In this document: one piece after another, positions 34,901 to 46,876 of the stretch
Position numbering within the stretch: the stretch's first letter is position 1
Layout: every line of letters begins with the position of its first letter
Assembly (NCBI GenBank): GCA_964199315.1
Contig: OZ116706.1
Coordinates: 30,876,001 to 30,940,000 of the forward strand
Origin: Orbicella franksi
Lineage: Eukaryota
DNA: 64,000 nucleotides
Reading direction: 5' to 3'
Notes under the pieces: generated by a model
The model's input: only the letters and a program-made list of their open reading frames with translations
The model's database searches: none
Told to the model about the DNA's origin: nothing
Translations under genes and position numbers: made by a program

Positions 34901-37900
34901 GCAATCGAAACACACAACTTGCAGTCATTGGTAAACTTAGGAAATTTGCCAATTCAAGTCGTTGCGGAGTTGCAAATCCATTTAATAGCTCTTTTTACGA
35001 TTAGTTTTTCTCATTTGCGTCACAATGTAATACAACGTGGAAGCGAAGCAATTTCTGGCTGAAACTGCAAAATAGCCCGAAATTGCCGCGCATACATGCT
35101 AAATTATATTGTAATGAAAATGAGAAAAGTTAGCTATGAAAAGGGTTATGGCCTAGGTATTGTTCTGCGCCCGAGTGAGCGAAGAGGCAAGATAAGATAT
35201 TCTTGCTAGTGTCTGAAAGCATTATTCACGAGCAAAGAAAGAAAACACAAACTAGGCGTAAAATTTTCAAATTAAAGTAACTATAGAATCAATCCATCCC
35301 AAGCGTTTTTCATTTTGGGACGTTGTGCACGTGATTTTACTATTGTAGCGCAACCTTGGTCTAGAAGACAGACCATTTTGGAACAGATCATTGGAATCGA
35401 CCATTTGATCTGTAAAGATTGCAAAATTATAGAACAAAGTGAACTTTTATTAATCCCGGGTGGAGTTGTAATTTAACTGGAAACTAGAGAAACTGGAGTT
35501 GTAGTTTAGTTAAACTGGACACAGTTTGTTCAAACTGTGTCCAGTCGTGTTTTCGTCAAATGTTCTCACTTTTGCTAGTGTATTGATGTCATTTTGCCGA
35601 TCTTTGTCATGCAGTTCCCGGATGTGACGAATTTGAAGATAGAGCAGCCAATGGGTGGACGCCAGCCAGGTCACGTGCTATGTCAACGGACATGGAGACG
35701 AGAGAATATCTGAATCAGTTGGAAGAAGCTGCGACTATCGATGTACAGGCCGATATACTGCATTTCCTGTACAATACAAAGTAATTATCACAAACGATTA
35801 AAAAAATATATACACGTATTAATCGTAGTTGGCGTACCAGGCCGGTTTTTAACTCCTTACCATTAACGATATCGGAAAGTTCACTTATTTCACGTAATCT
35901 CTACATCCACACTTCTTCTTCGTGGAGGCGCGGTGGCTTCATGGTTAGTGTGCTCGTTTCGGATCGAGCGTTCCGGGTTTGAGTCCTTGTCAGAGACGTT
36001 GTGTTGTGTTCTTGGGTGAGATACTTTACTCTCACAGTGCCTCTTCTTTCCCCCCCCCCCCCCCCCCAAGGTTAACAAATGGGTACTGGCGAATTTAATG
36101 CTGGGTGTAACCCTGCGGTGGACAAACATCCCAGCTAGGGGGGAGTAGAAATACTCCTAGTCCCTTCATGTAACAGAAACCGGGATAAGCTCCAGCCCGA
36201 TAGGCCACTTGGCTCGTATGAAGACTACCTTGCAGAATACAGCACCTCTCTCTCACACCCAAGAAGAATCCATAATTCTTTAAGAGGTTTTATTGTGCGT
36301 CCATTCTTGGTCAACTCGCCAACGTTAACCCCATTCGTGCATCTTTTCATGCCACCTTGATATTATTTATTAACTGTTGTCGTTTAAATCTTCAGGGGTC
36401 CTGACTTCGACACACAACTGTTTGGTGAACCAGGAATTACTGTCGCAAAGCTCTTAGGTGAATTGTACGAGAAGGTATATGTATTTCTTTTTCTATTTAA
36501 ACATTGTGACTGTGTCAAATTTACAATCTCTTGTTGAAGTTTACCTGTTAATTTAATAGTTGACTTCATTGCTTGTCGAATGAAATTGTTATTGTGGCCT
36601 TTAGGACTTTTGTTGTTTTGAGTCATTTGTAATGAAATTTTACTTTTTAACACTTTCTGTCGATTGATTGGTAGGCTTGCCAGATTAAAATGTGGTCTTT
36701 AGTCAGGCACACAGCAGGGCTTTTGAAGAAGCGAGTGGAAGATTTGGCAGAGGTAGTTTCAATGTTTATTTTGTTGTGTCTCCTTTCTTGTCAATTATTT
36801 TGATAGGTTAAACAATTTCAAGCGTTACTTTCACTCAAATGTGAGTCCAGGAGAAAGCATAGCCATTTTGCCGTGGAAAAAATTCAGTTTGTTTTCAAAA
36901 TGGTTATAGTTACCGGGTAAATTTGTTGAATCAATGGATGTCCTTGAGGTTCTTTCATGGAAGTCTCGTTTTTTTCTGTGTTCCACTTTTTTCATTCGGT
37001 CGACGTTCGTTCGTCGTGATGTTTTCATTTTTCTTTACCAGGCTGCCACGGATCTGTTAGTTCATCAGAAACAATTGACTGTGGGTATCCCCCAAGGGGG
37101 ACATGAAGAAGTCATCACAAGGTGAGTGCTGTTGTTCTTGTAGGAATACATTTTTCTCAGTTTTCTCAGTTCATTGTGATAACATGTTGTATTTGCGTTG
37201 TTCACGTTCTTGTTGTAGACCTCTTCCACAAGAGGAGATGAAGAATATCATTTTCAATGTGTTTGGTGAAGACATGAGCACTGGTGTAGTAACACAGGTA
37301 AGGTACACTGTAATGATAATCATTTAAGATACTTCAGGTATTAGCTATCGAATTTTTCTCTCACATCAAATACCATACTGAGCTAGCTTCCTTGTTGAAA
37401 CATGAAAACTTTTATTTACCCTCGGCAGTGTTTATAGCACAAAGGCTAGTGGGGCCGAGCAAACAACTGAAACAAATAATTCAAATTGAACATAACATCG
37501 TTAAGAATCCCAACTGGTCGGAGGCAAACCAGTTGGCTATTTACAAACGTGGCCGAGGATTTGAACTCGGGACTACCGAGAAAAAAATCCAGGTAGTGGT
37601 TAGAGCAGGACTTGAACCCGGGACCGATGGATTGCGAGTCCGACGCGCTGACCACTCGGCCACCCTGCGTCCTTTTTGCAGTTTTGTTTTTTGGCTTCCT
37701 CCTTTTCTGACCTGTCTCGTTCATTATGATTGCTTCCTATATCTGACTAATCTATTGACGCTGTCACTGACTACCCTACATCTTTCAAACTGTATTTTGT
37801 GTTAACTGCAGTTGACTTAAAAACACCCATGCCGCTCTATTTTTAATTACCAGGAGCTGCTGGTGTACCTTGGAATTTTTGTTAGAACTGAACCGTCCCT

Positions 37901-40900
37901 GTTTAACGAGATGTTAAGACTTCGTGTTGGTCTGATTATAGAAGTTATGGTGGCTGAACTGGCTAGATCACTGGATTGTTCTGGTAAGACACTTTCAGTG
38001 TTTCTATCCTGTTTTGAAACAAAATCAATTTAAATTTGTATGGTTTGAAGTTTGATTTTCTTTGCTCTCATCGCCTGTCCAGTTCATAACTTCTTGAAAA
38101 GTTTAGCCTAAATATTTCTAGTTCCTCGTTTCTAATCCGTGTTAATCTTCTCCATCCTTACCCATCCTTGTTCCTTTATGGTTTATTACTATCTCTTTGG
38201 TGTTTTTCTATGTTAGTAAACTACTATTTTCATGTTCCCTTCAATTTAAACGTAAGTTTGTACGTGGCCAAATTAACTCAAAGTGCGGTGACTGAGCTCC
38301 TTTAACTGTTGTTATGTTTCAGGTGAGGACGCGGCTGAATTCTTCATGAACTTGAGTCCTTTTGAGATGAAGACTCTGCTGTATCACATCCTCAGTGGTA
38401 AAGAGTTGGTTGTTTCCAATGGTGAGGACAGATCCTGGTGTCAGCCAGTTATTTAGTCTGCTTTTTACCCGTACTTGAGAAAGACAAGAGCTCAGGGGAA
38501 GCCTGAAATTTTTAAGTATATTTCGTCGGTATTTGACGGTTCTAGTCTAAAGCATCTAGATGATTTCTCTGTTCCTTTGAGCTACAAATACAAGTCTTTT
38601 TTTTTTTGTAAACTACTTCTCTAGAGTGAGTACTGCTCTCACAGCTCAGTTCGTCACTTTGGACCAGTTTTTTACCTAGAATTTCAATTTTTACAAATTA
38701 GCCCTCCTATTTTTCAGTGTAACCTTATGTCACGTAATGTCATGACTCTTACCTACATGGGAAGTTTCTGGTTATGAGGGAAAGTTGATGGAATTTATCC
38801 GGAAGTTGATATGGAGCTCTTCAAAGCTCGTGGCATTTTATGCGATTCGTTTTAAATCCAGCTTGTGTGGGAGTTCTTTGTTTACACTGTTTCGTGTCAC
38901 ACACATTTCGTTGTTATCTTCAGACAAGCCATCGCCAGAGAGGCAGATCTCCATTATGAACATCGATCTTCCCAAGAGAGTTGGAATCAGAAGGCTATCC
39001 AGTGCAATCAGGGTCAGTCATCATTTATCAAACGTTAACAAAATTTCCTTCACTGATCGAGTACCTCTCACCTTACCAGCCACTCAGGCAACAGCAATCT
39101 CACCGTCTGTGTTGTTTTGCTTATTAAACTAAGATTTTAATAAGAAGCAGTCATACAGTAAGTGTGCTGCCCGTAAATTATCCTCCTCGGCCATTCCAAA
39201 CAATCTGATAAGTAGCACAAGTTAATCAGTTTAACAAAAGTTGTTTGCACAGTTTTCGAGTTTTCTTCTTTCTTCTATGGGTATAATCAGATAGTTAAAA
39301 TACTAAACCTTTTGCACTTGTGGTTGCACGATTATTATTTTCTCACTTACAGTTTAACTGCACACTTTCATGTTTATTAACAGAAAATAAGTGCTGCTAA
39401 AGCCTTTGCAGGGAGGCACATGGTATGTTAAACAGCAAAGCGCTTTATTTGTAATCTAAAGTGTTACTTAACCACCGTAATTGGTGAAGGGAAATAACTT
39501 GTAAGCACGTTTATTTTGATTTCTTTGGGTTCTTTTTGTTTTTTTCTTCCTCGCACATTGAGTGGTAAAGTTAAGGTGTTTAAGATTTTTGGTTTTTAAG
39601 AGGTTGTTTGCACATGTTTATTGAATTTTTGTTTTGTAATGCACTGTACTGCAATATAACTTAAACCAGCAGGAGATGCGAAACAAACGTTTACTGTTCA
39701 TAGGACATAAAGGGGTTATGCATTTTCTTTTTGTTTAAGTGCACAGCATTTTAAGTCACAGAAAATTATTTTTCAACGAATCTAAAACCCTGTGTGTCAC
39801 TGAGAGCCTTAGTAACTGTTGTCACGGGTCTCCCCATTCCCGCTCGTTCTCAAAGCTCCCGGACCTTAACTACAGTTGATATTTGTGTCGACTATCATCG
39901 TAAACTTCCGTGTTCGGATAAGTGAAAGAAACTGCTAACGATTATCGACGCTTATTAGCTTTTCGCCTGGAGGGGGGCTAGACGTCTCAGTCAGCAGTTT
40001 GTGGATTACGTGAAGGTGGACTCCGGCTCATTCGGCCTGGGTTCGAGTGTTGGACAGGTCATTTAACTCTCACTCTGCGGCATTCTGTCTCTTAATATAA
40101 TTGGATGATAGCAAACTAATGGAGTTTGGCAGTAACTTGCAGTGAACAAGGGTCCAGCTCATTTAGGGTGCGAAAACTCAGATTAAGGACTGGAGCAAAT
40201 TTGAACCTTTAGTGCAAGCAATTTATGAAATGCTAGACATTGGCTGTCAGCAAATATTCTAGCCGCTTTAGTCAGAAGTTTGTTGTCTGTAAAAACACCA
40301 CTCATGATGCTAGGCATACTACAATCTGACAGTGATTTTCCGTTGGTGATTTTATACCCGAGATTGTTGTTAAAATTAGAACATGAGTGGCAGAGGATTG
40401 CTCCCATCATCTGACCATAATAACCAGGAAAATCAGAGAGCCAAAGAAGACGACGAAGAGGACCCTCATTCAGGAGATGACCGCCTCGGGCAGTGGATCA
40501 GGAGGAGGTGCCTTGATGGGGCCCTCAACCGAGCCCCTGAGGATTTTTACCCCAAATTCTGGAAGGTTCTCGAAAAGGTATGAGCGCTTACATGTTTAAA
40601 AGACGAATGTGATAAGGGAAGGTTATAGCCCGCTTTAGCACCTGATCATCTGAGCACAAGAACGTCACAGCGTTAACTACAAGATTTATTACACTGCACC
40701 TATATAAGCTTGGGGTCGAACTCACGGTAGTCGGAGAAACTCTCCGGCAGCCGGCCCTAAGTGACAGCTTTGAATTATCTGTGGCTCACACCGGGTTAAA
40801 TGTTTGAGGTTTGGAAGTAATTTTTGATCAGGTTCAAGTCTGTGAACTTGCTTCAGTTAACGCTCCCTCCATCCTCTCTGATCTCCCTGCTGTAGGCACT

Positions 40901-42571
40901 TTTGGTCTTTTTTCTTCATTAACTGTGTTTTATAGATTTATATGTTTTTTTGTTCTTGTTGTAGTGCCGAGGTCTGAAAATTTACAAGCACTATTTACCG
41001 AATGCCATGGTACAAGAGGTATGTACGCAATACAACTTCACTGCTGGTGATATTTATTGCGTCTTTTTACTCGAGGCTCCTCTGAGGGCTTGCCGATCAA
41101 GGTTCCTCCTTGAATTGTGGCAGGAACATGGAGACGACGCGCTCCATCTTCTCTAGTATTACAAACTCAAGTAGACATCCACTATTAGACATTTCAAATA
41201 TATTTTGTGTCGGATATCCTTGTTAAAGGTTAGTCCGTTGTCATCGCTCAGTAAAGTGAACGACGATTGAAGAAGCCGTTGTTATTAAAACGAGACAGAC
41301 AAATGGGTCCACAAATTTGTTTTATTTTTTTCTTATAAATTTTCTTATTCTAAATCGACCGCTGGTTCCATTTTTTTTTTTCAGATGACCCCAGGCGAGC
41401 TGAAATTTGCGCTTTGCGTTGAAGCGGCCCTGAATCGGATCCCTGAACCTGAGTACCGGCAGCTGGTGGTGGAGATGTTAATGGTGTTATCCCTTGTAGT
41501 GGAGTACCACCCTGAACAGACTCTGGGAGACACTATTGATGTTGATGACCTGGTGTGGGAAGGCCACAATTTATATCTGAAAGATCAGGTAGGAATGGAC
41601 AGGATTATAGTAGAGGCTTTTCCTTATTAGCATTATTATAAATGTGGCCTTATGTGCAACCCTCGTTGTAAGTAAGAAGAGTTTGAATGAGAGAAGTAGA
41701 GTTGTTCCCAATCTTATCTTACGGTAAGAAATATTTTAAGTTTAGATAACCAAACCAAATTGTTTTAATCACCGTAACCTAAATCAAACTTTGAAAAAGC
41801 AAAAACGTTTTGGGACGCTTATGGCCGATATGGAACTCCAGACATATGTACAGCTGTACAGATGATCGCGGCATATTTAATGTTGTGTAAAAGAAATAGC
41901 TTGTTCAGCAGTCAAAGTAATCCTTTCATACTTGCCGCTGCCTGCGAACAGGCTCTTCGCAGGGCCGCGCGAAGAGCCTGCTCCCAGGCTAACTTGCCGT
42001 AATAACTATATTTCCCCGTTGTTATCAATTTGTCGTAGTTACCATTTATTTTCGATAAACGATAGAGGAAAAGTAGCAAGAGTAAACATAAAACGCGAGT
42101 TCTTGGGTGAACGCGCGAGTTTTCTCGCGTGATAGAACGTTCCCCTCAAAAGCACACGTTAGAGGTTGTTTTTGTGTTGTATTTTTGTTTTGCTTTTGCG
42201 CCTACACCGCCAAAGAAACAAACTTATCCATTGGTCAGTGTTCATAGACTTCAAATTTATTTTATGTTGCAATTCTTGACGTTATATCTGGCAGGTCTTT
42301 TTTACAAACGGTAATAGCAAATGTTAATGTTTTCATTTGGTTATGGTACTCTTGTGTCGTGTGATTTCAGATGAATATCAAAGGTGATTCTACCACGTGT
42401 TGCGCGCGTCCCGCGCACGAGAAAATCAGCTGTGGTGGAGCGGCGGGAATCTGTCGATATTTTTACGACACTGCGCCGAGTGGAAGATTTGGTACCATGA
42501 CTTACTTTTCAAGAGTTGTCGCTAAACGAGTCAGTCATCTACCACACCAGAACGAGTGCGTGGTTGCCTAG
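16922..42571 (+). CDS. PHKA: Phosphorylase b kinase regulatory subunit alpha (GH15-like N-terminal domain, C-terminal CaaX)
   Basis: 36 phase-compatible GT-AG exons: 16922-16999, 18086-18274, 18628-18675, 18787-18856, 19134-19232, 19467-19549, 20221-20301, 20499-20597, 20745-20786, 21183-21287, 21605-21658, 22143-22265, 25627-25722, 26021-26128, 26565-26643, 27056-27190, 27776-27806, 27902-27986, 28492-28636, 29077-29146, 29783-29862, 30257-30324, 30608-30725, 35615-35780, 36396-36474, 36675-36752, 37042-37121, 37219-37297, 37854-37983, 38323-38421, 38924-39012, 39384-39422, 40380-40577, 40965-41018, 41385-41588, 42371-42571. Total 3582 nt, 1193 aa. Hallmark motifs: [113 protein letters not shown], terminal CVVA*. 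Confidence 0.97.
19833..20063. mobile_element. Foldback element made of two divergent tRNA-derived heads
   Basis: Arms 19833-19925 and 19969-20063 are reverse complements. Each carries an A-box-like GTGTAGTGGATATC and a B-box GGTTCGAATCC. The spacer is 43 nt. Confidence 0.75.
21840..21955 (+). mobile_element. Degenerate partial tRNA/CORE-type SINE
   Basis: ttgtgtttttaggcaacgtactttactctcactgtgcc...ccacccagg matches the fuller copies at 35924 and 58635. Confidence 0.65.
22815..23404 (-). CDS. Divergent PRD-class homeodomain-only protein (HOPX-like), nested antisense in PHKA intron 12
   Basis: Exon 1 is 23180-23404 (gccATG, in-frame TGA 8 codons upstream). The intron 22905-23179 has a GTTTGT donor and a ctgttttttgccatcAG acceptor. 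Exon 2 is 22815-22904. Product, 104 aa: [75 protein letters not shown]|[29 protein letters not shown]. The homeodomain is 60 residues without gaps, keeps F8, Q12, L16, E17, F20, P26, A35, L40, W48, F49, Q50, R52, R53, K55 and W56, and has a phase-0 intron between codons 46 and 47. Confidence 0.88.
25385..25580. repeat. Interspersed repeat (inverted copy at about 50850-51118)
   Basis: Shared ggaaaatctcaaa...ttgccgtattga...tttgagattttcc hairpin core and ttaataagttgttt flank. Confidence 0.7.
27307..27670. mobile_element. Non-autonomous TIR element with CAGGG...CCCTG ends (hAT-like), uninterrupted copy
   Basis: An inverted homologous copy lies at 48812-49893. No target-site duplication recognised. 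Confidence 0.65.
29603..29746. mobile_element. Small GC-rich MITE (CAGGGG.GGATC TIR family)
   Basis: caggggggatctag at the left end and ctggatccgcccctg at the right. Related elements at 61694-61784 and about 14480-14710. Confidence 0.6.
30890..31523. mobile_element. TTAA-flanked MITE (Kolobok-like)
   Basis: TTAA|GGTGGCTCCCTA ... TAGGGAGCCACC|TTAA. A TTAA TSD with purine-purine termini is the Kolobok pattern. Confidence 0.75.
33288..33365 (+). CDS. Candidate cassette exon of PHKA (phase 1-1, 78 nt; [25 protein letters not shown])
   Basis: Acceptor gggttttAG at 33286-87 and donor CAG|GTACTA at 33366. Open in the frame required between exons 23 and 24, with length divisible by 3. Confidence 0.55.
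33406..33632. other. Assembly gap (227 N) in PHKA intron 23
   Basis: Run of N. Confidence 1.
35924..36229 (+). mobile_element. tRNA-derived SINE with CORE-like central domain
   Basis: A-box-like GGTGGCTTCATGG, B-box-like GGGTTTGAGTCC, then gtgttcttgggtgagatactttactctcacagtgcctc. Colinear with the copy at 58635. Confidence 0.85.
37420..37668 (-). mobile_element. tRNA-derived SINE, second family, with two B-box-like motifs
   Basis: Minus strand GGTGGCCGAGTGGTCAGCGCG...GGGTTCAAGTCC...GAGTTCAAATCC, followed by a non-tRNA body. Confidence 0.75.
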
Positions 42572-45500
42572 AAACGCGCCTTTAACTGAAAAGAGATTTC
42601 ATAGAAAGGTTGCATAGAAACGTATCTTTAGGCGCAAAAGAACAAATGTAAAAGTCATCGGAGGTGAAGTTTTCTGGTCTGATCCCTCAGAGGTTTCTTG
42701 GGGTGGAATAAGACAAGCGCGCAAATAGAGAAGAAAAATGTTTTCAGTAAATCTTCTGCGAAGTTGGTGGGGACCACGGCAACACTATATCTCCACGAGA
42801 AGGTCCTCAGGGTGGAGCTAAGCTGTGATGAGTTATTTTATCAGTTCTGCAAAAATGCATGACACGTTTTAGAAGTTGAGTTTTACGAGATAAGGAAAAT
42901 AATAGTAAAAAAAATGTACGATAGTTAACATTTTATCTTAGTATAAATGATAAGTTGTCATGATGTTTCGTGAACCTAAGTTAGTTTTCTTGTTTCATCG
43001 TGTGTATTCCTCGGCTGAAGTTTTCTTAATCCGTTCAATCCAAGACCAGAATTTTAATTCTCCTATGTACTCCATACATTTCGTTGAAGATTAGTTCGGA
43101 GAATTTTGCAGTAAATCAAGACATCCTCAAGTTGATGGTTTTGTTTATTCTGATCACCCGTGTGCTTCACATTTTTTTTTTTTTATTTGGAGAAATCAGA
43201 TGTTCGCTCTTGGATTGAAGGGTTTAATTAAAAATATCAATAAAACAGTCAAGAAAGAGAGGTTCTCTTATTTTTAGTTGTTGTATAAATTGAGCTAGCT
43301 ATATGTAATTTATTTTCGCTTTAAAACATTGTATATAAATTAAGCCACATGGTGCTATGAAGTGACATAAACGTGACGCTGTTGAAGAGTTTTCTATTAA
43401 ATTATGTTCGCGTGTGACACAAAGAGAGTAAAATAAAGTTCCTAGTTATGAAGCCAAAAGATAGATGTGGGTTCACTGACTTGGGAAGAGGGAAATGATT
43501 TCAAGTCAATCCATGCAGCGAAGCCATGCGGAACCGTGTTATTTTACCGGTTTTCACGAAAGTTCTGTAAGGAAATCGTGCAATTGGTTTGCGAAGGCGT
43601 TACAGTAATCATGATGTGCAGCACGCGACATTTCCCGCGGTTTTGATGGTTTGTTTCCGTTACGGATTCCACTTCAGATTGGCTTACGAACGATTTTGTG
43701 GTTTTACAGTTTGGCGTGTCCATTAGATTAATTTACTATTTTTTCAGTCTTTGATCCTTTGCTTCTACGTAATACACATTCTTTTCATTTAATGCGGATC
43801 ATTTCACCAAGGCTTTTTATTTCAAGAAACTCCAGCTTTGATCAGAACAAAAACATTTCAATTTGAGTAGAGAAAATGTCAAGACTTCTCAAGACACTGG
43901 AACGCTTTTGAATAGTACGCAATAAATTATTACAATCTTGTTCAAGACACGGCACACGCATTGTAAAATGTTTACTTTATGTTGGTTCTGGACATTAAAG
44001 TTTTGGAGTAGATTTATTTCTGGGTAAAGCCAAATGAAAAAAAAAATAACATTTTAAATCCCCTTGGGAATATTTGGGTAAGCTCCCTAAGGTAAAGACT
44101 TCTTATCTTCTACATATTCTAACGTCGCTGATAGTAATCTTATGCAAATTCTTAATGCTTTGTCTTCAAGGATTAGAGTAAGGTGTTTAAAACTTTTTCG
44201 GTTTGCTTCCCAATTAAAACAGCTAGAAAACAATATTTCTTTACTGATTCAGTTTTCATAAATAGTTTGGAAGCGAAAACATTCGATGGTAGACTTCCCT
44301 GCTTATTTTATCCTCAGTAAACCACTTTGTTGGCTTTCCATAAGGTGCACTGACAACACTCTATAGGCGAGAATTGTTCTCTCACACCAACAGGTGTTCA
44401 TGAATGAAGTGACATGTTTTCCTAAGTATTGATGCAGCTCAATATCGGGTTGGAGTGAAAAGAAGACTAGTATTATCAAACAAACTGTAAATAGCCGTGA
44501 TACAAGCTCAAGTAAGTATTGACAATCTGAGTTATGGCATTATTTACACTTCATGTATTCCTTACTAGGTCTTCCCAATAATTATATTTTTCTGTTTATC
44601 AAGGTCTGAAGTGCAAGCACAGATAGTGTGGTCACATCCATCTTGTCATGAACGGTCAATATTCAGCGGAACTTTTGGTCGGTAGCACGCGGGAAGTACA
44701 GAGCACGAAAACGATCACGAATTAAATCGATAGCACGCGGGAAACAGTACAGAGCACGAACACGGTCACGAATTAAATCGATAGGCGCGAGAAACACGCA
44801 AAGCTTAATTTAACGGAGTGAGACCGAGTATAAAAATCTATACAGCAAAAGAACATGGACGCTTTCCAAACCATTGCCCCTTCATTTTTTTATTGATGAA
44901 AAATGCCAGATTACTCAGAGAAGTTGAAAAGGAAATCATATTGCCACATTTTTTTTTCATGCCATGTCAAACGGGCGCACCCTTTACAAAGGACGCCTGC
45001 CAGTCGGTTGTGTAAGCACGCGCTTTACTGACACCAGTAGGAAGCTATTTTGGTACTTCAGTCATTCTGAGGTCTTTTATTATTTATATATCCAATTATT
45101 TTATAATTCAGACCTAAGTTTCGAGATAGTTCATGAACTGACAAAGTGTTGTGTTAGCCTAAGTAAGTATTGTCACATTAATTATCAATTCTTCTAATCC
45201 CTTCTATGCTCAGCAAAATCAGTTTAGTGGATGGGTAAACGTTATTAAATGTAGCTGTATGAAAACAAGGTTAGTTAAGTTCGTCCGCCTTTCAAAAAGG
45301 GCGGAAGATTCTGATCAATCGATCTACTAGTGCATTCTATGAAAACATGCAAACAAATTCTCCTCCCCCGCCCCATTAAAATCCCTGTAAAGATGTCGCG
45401 CCCTTGCAGCCCGTACTTACAACCGTCCCTAGTCCCCTGCCTTTCATTACATCATACTTGATCTCCTCTCCACCCCTCCTTCTCTCCCTACTCTCACCCT

Positions 45501-46309
45501 GCGCTTACATGAACCACTTAAGAGTGTCCTAAACTTTATTACTCGAGTGATGATTCAGTCCCAGCACGGCAGGAAATTTAGTGACGTCTAGTAAATTTAA
45601 GGGTTGTTATTTAACAAAACTTGACTCAGCAATGTATTGAAGACGCTAGTATCCGGTTACTGTGAGACTGAAAAAAATTAAGAGATGTACATAATGTGAT
45701 AATTAGAAAAATCAGTCCCACACTTTCATAGAGCATAACTATTATACTAAAGAAGCTTTGTATTTGAAATGTGTTTCCTTCCGAGTAATTTATTTCATGA
45801 TTTCCACGAAAGCTTCATCAACACGAGGATGCAGGCTCGCATTAAAAAAAAGAGATTCATCCAGCTCCGAAATAACAACTCCCCATTAAAGCACTTGATT
45901 TCCAAGGCCAAGGGACGCGTTTCGTTATTAAAACTCTGATCAAGACCTGACCGAAGGCTTATCATAGAGAGAAAAGTCTCACTAGAAATGATGGCTAGAC
46001 ATTGTTGGTAATTAATGAGATTCGCTTATAACAAGACACCTCTAAAGAAGAAATGTAAAAAATAACAAATAAATGTGGAGACTCTTCATCAATATATTGT
46101 TGCATGAAAATTATTGTCTTCCTGTTTGTCAATAATCTAGGGATCGTCTTTGAAATAGGGCTGGGTTAAACCGCAATTTGAGTCAGGATCAGGGGGCTTC
46201 CTAAAATGGGGAGTTTAAAGAAGGGAGCTTAATACCCTAAGACTCTAATGGACTGAAAAAAATCCTTAATTCCACCATATCTCTTGCTGAAAGAAAATCG
46301 CGCGAATTT

Positions 46310-46640
46310 GCCTCGAGCACGTGCACCTGCGCGGGTGACATATTAAACCCGTGTAAAAATTACCATAGCAACCTTCAATCACCTCCTACAGTTGTGGTTT
46401 GCAACGGAAGCCCACCACAGCCAACGCAATTTTTACTTTAGCTTTTTTTTCCGTGTATTTTTAGCATCTATTAGACATTGTTAGAGTCTTTGTTGAAATT
46501 TGAAACATTTTCCACACAAGTCAATCCTTACAATAAACTGCTCAGCTTGAGTGCGCGTTGCCCACGTGCATTGATCTTTACCCCGCTTCTCACGAACTCT
46601 TCCTCTGATTGGTTTACGTGATGAAATGCGTTACGTCATC
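46310..46640 (+). promoter_or_regulatory. Putative STARD10 proximal promoter
   Basis: CpG-rich, with CACGTG E-boxes (about 46318 and 46563), an inverted CCAAT (GATTGG 46607-12) and a CRE-like TTACGTCA (46631-38), 240-570 nt upstream of the ATG. Confidence 0.4.
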
Positions 46641-46876
46641 TAATCACACATTCAGTGTTCTGGGTGACGTTTTGATATCTACCGTAGCGAGAATTCGCTC
46701 AAAAGCGTACAACTGGTCGAGAAGGGAAGTCAGTTTTGGCAACCATCCTTAAAATTTATTCAAGTTTTCAACTCATTTTATCCTTGATAAGTGAATCTCT
46801 CCTCTTTGCGACAAGTAGTCGAGCCACCGTTGAAGAAAGATAATTGGTTGTGGGTAAAGTTCAACCTGTCGATTCG

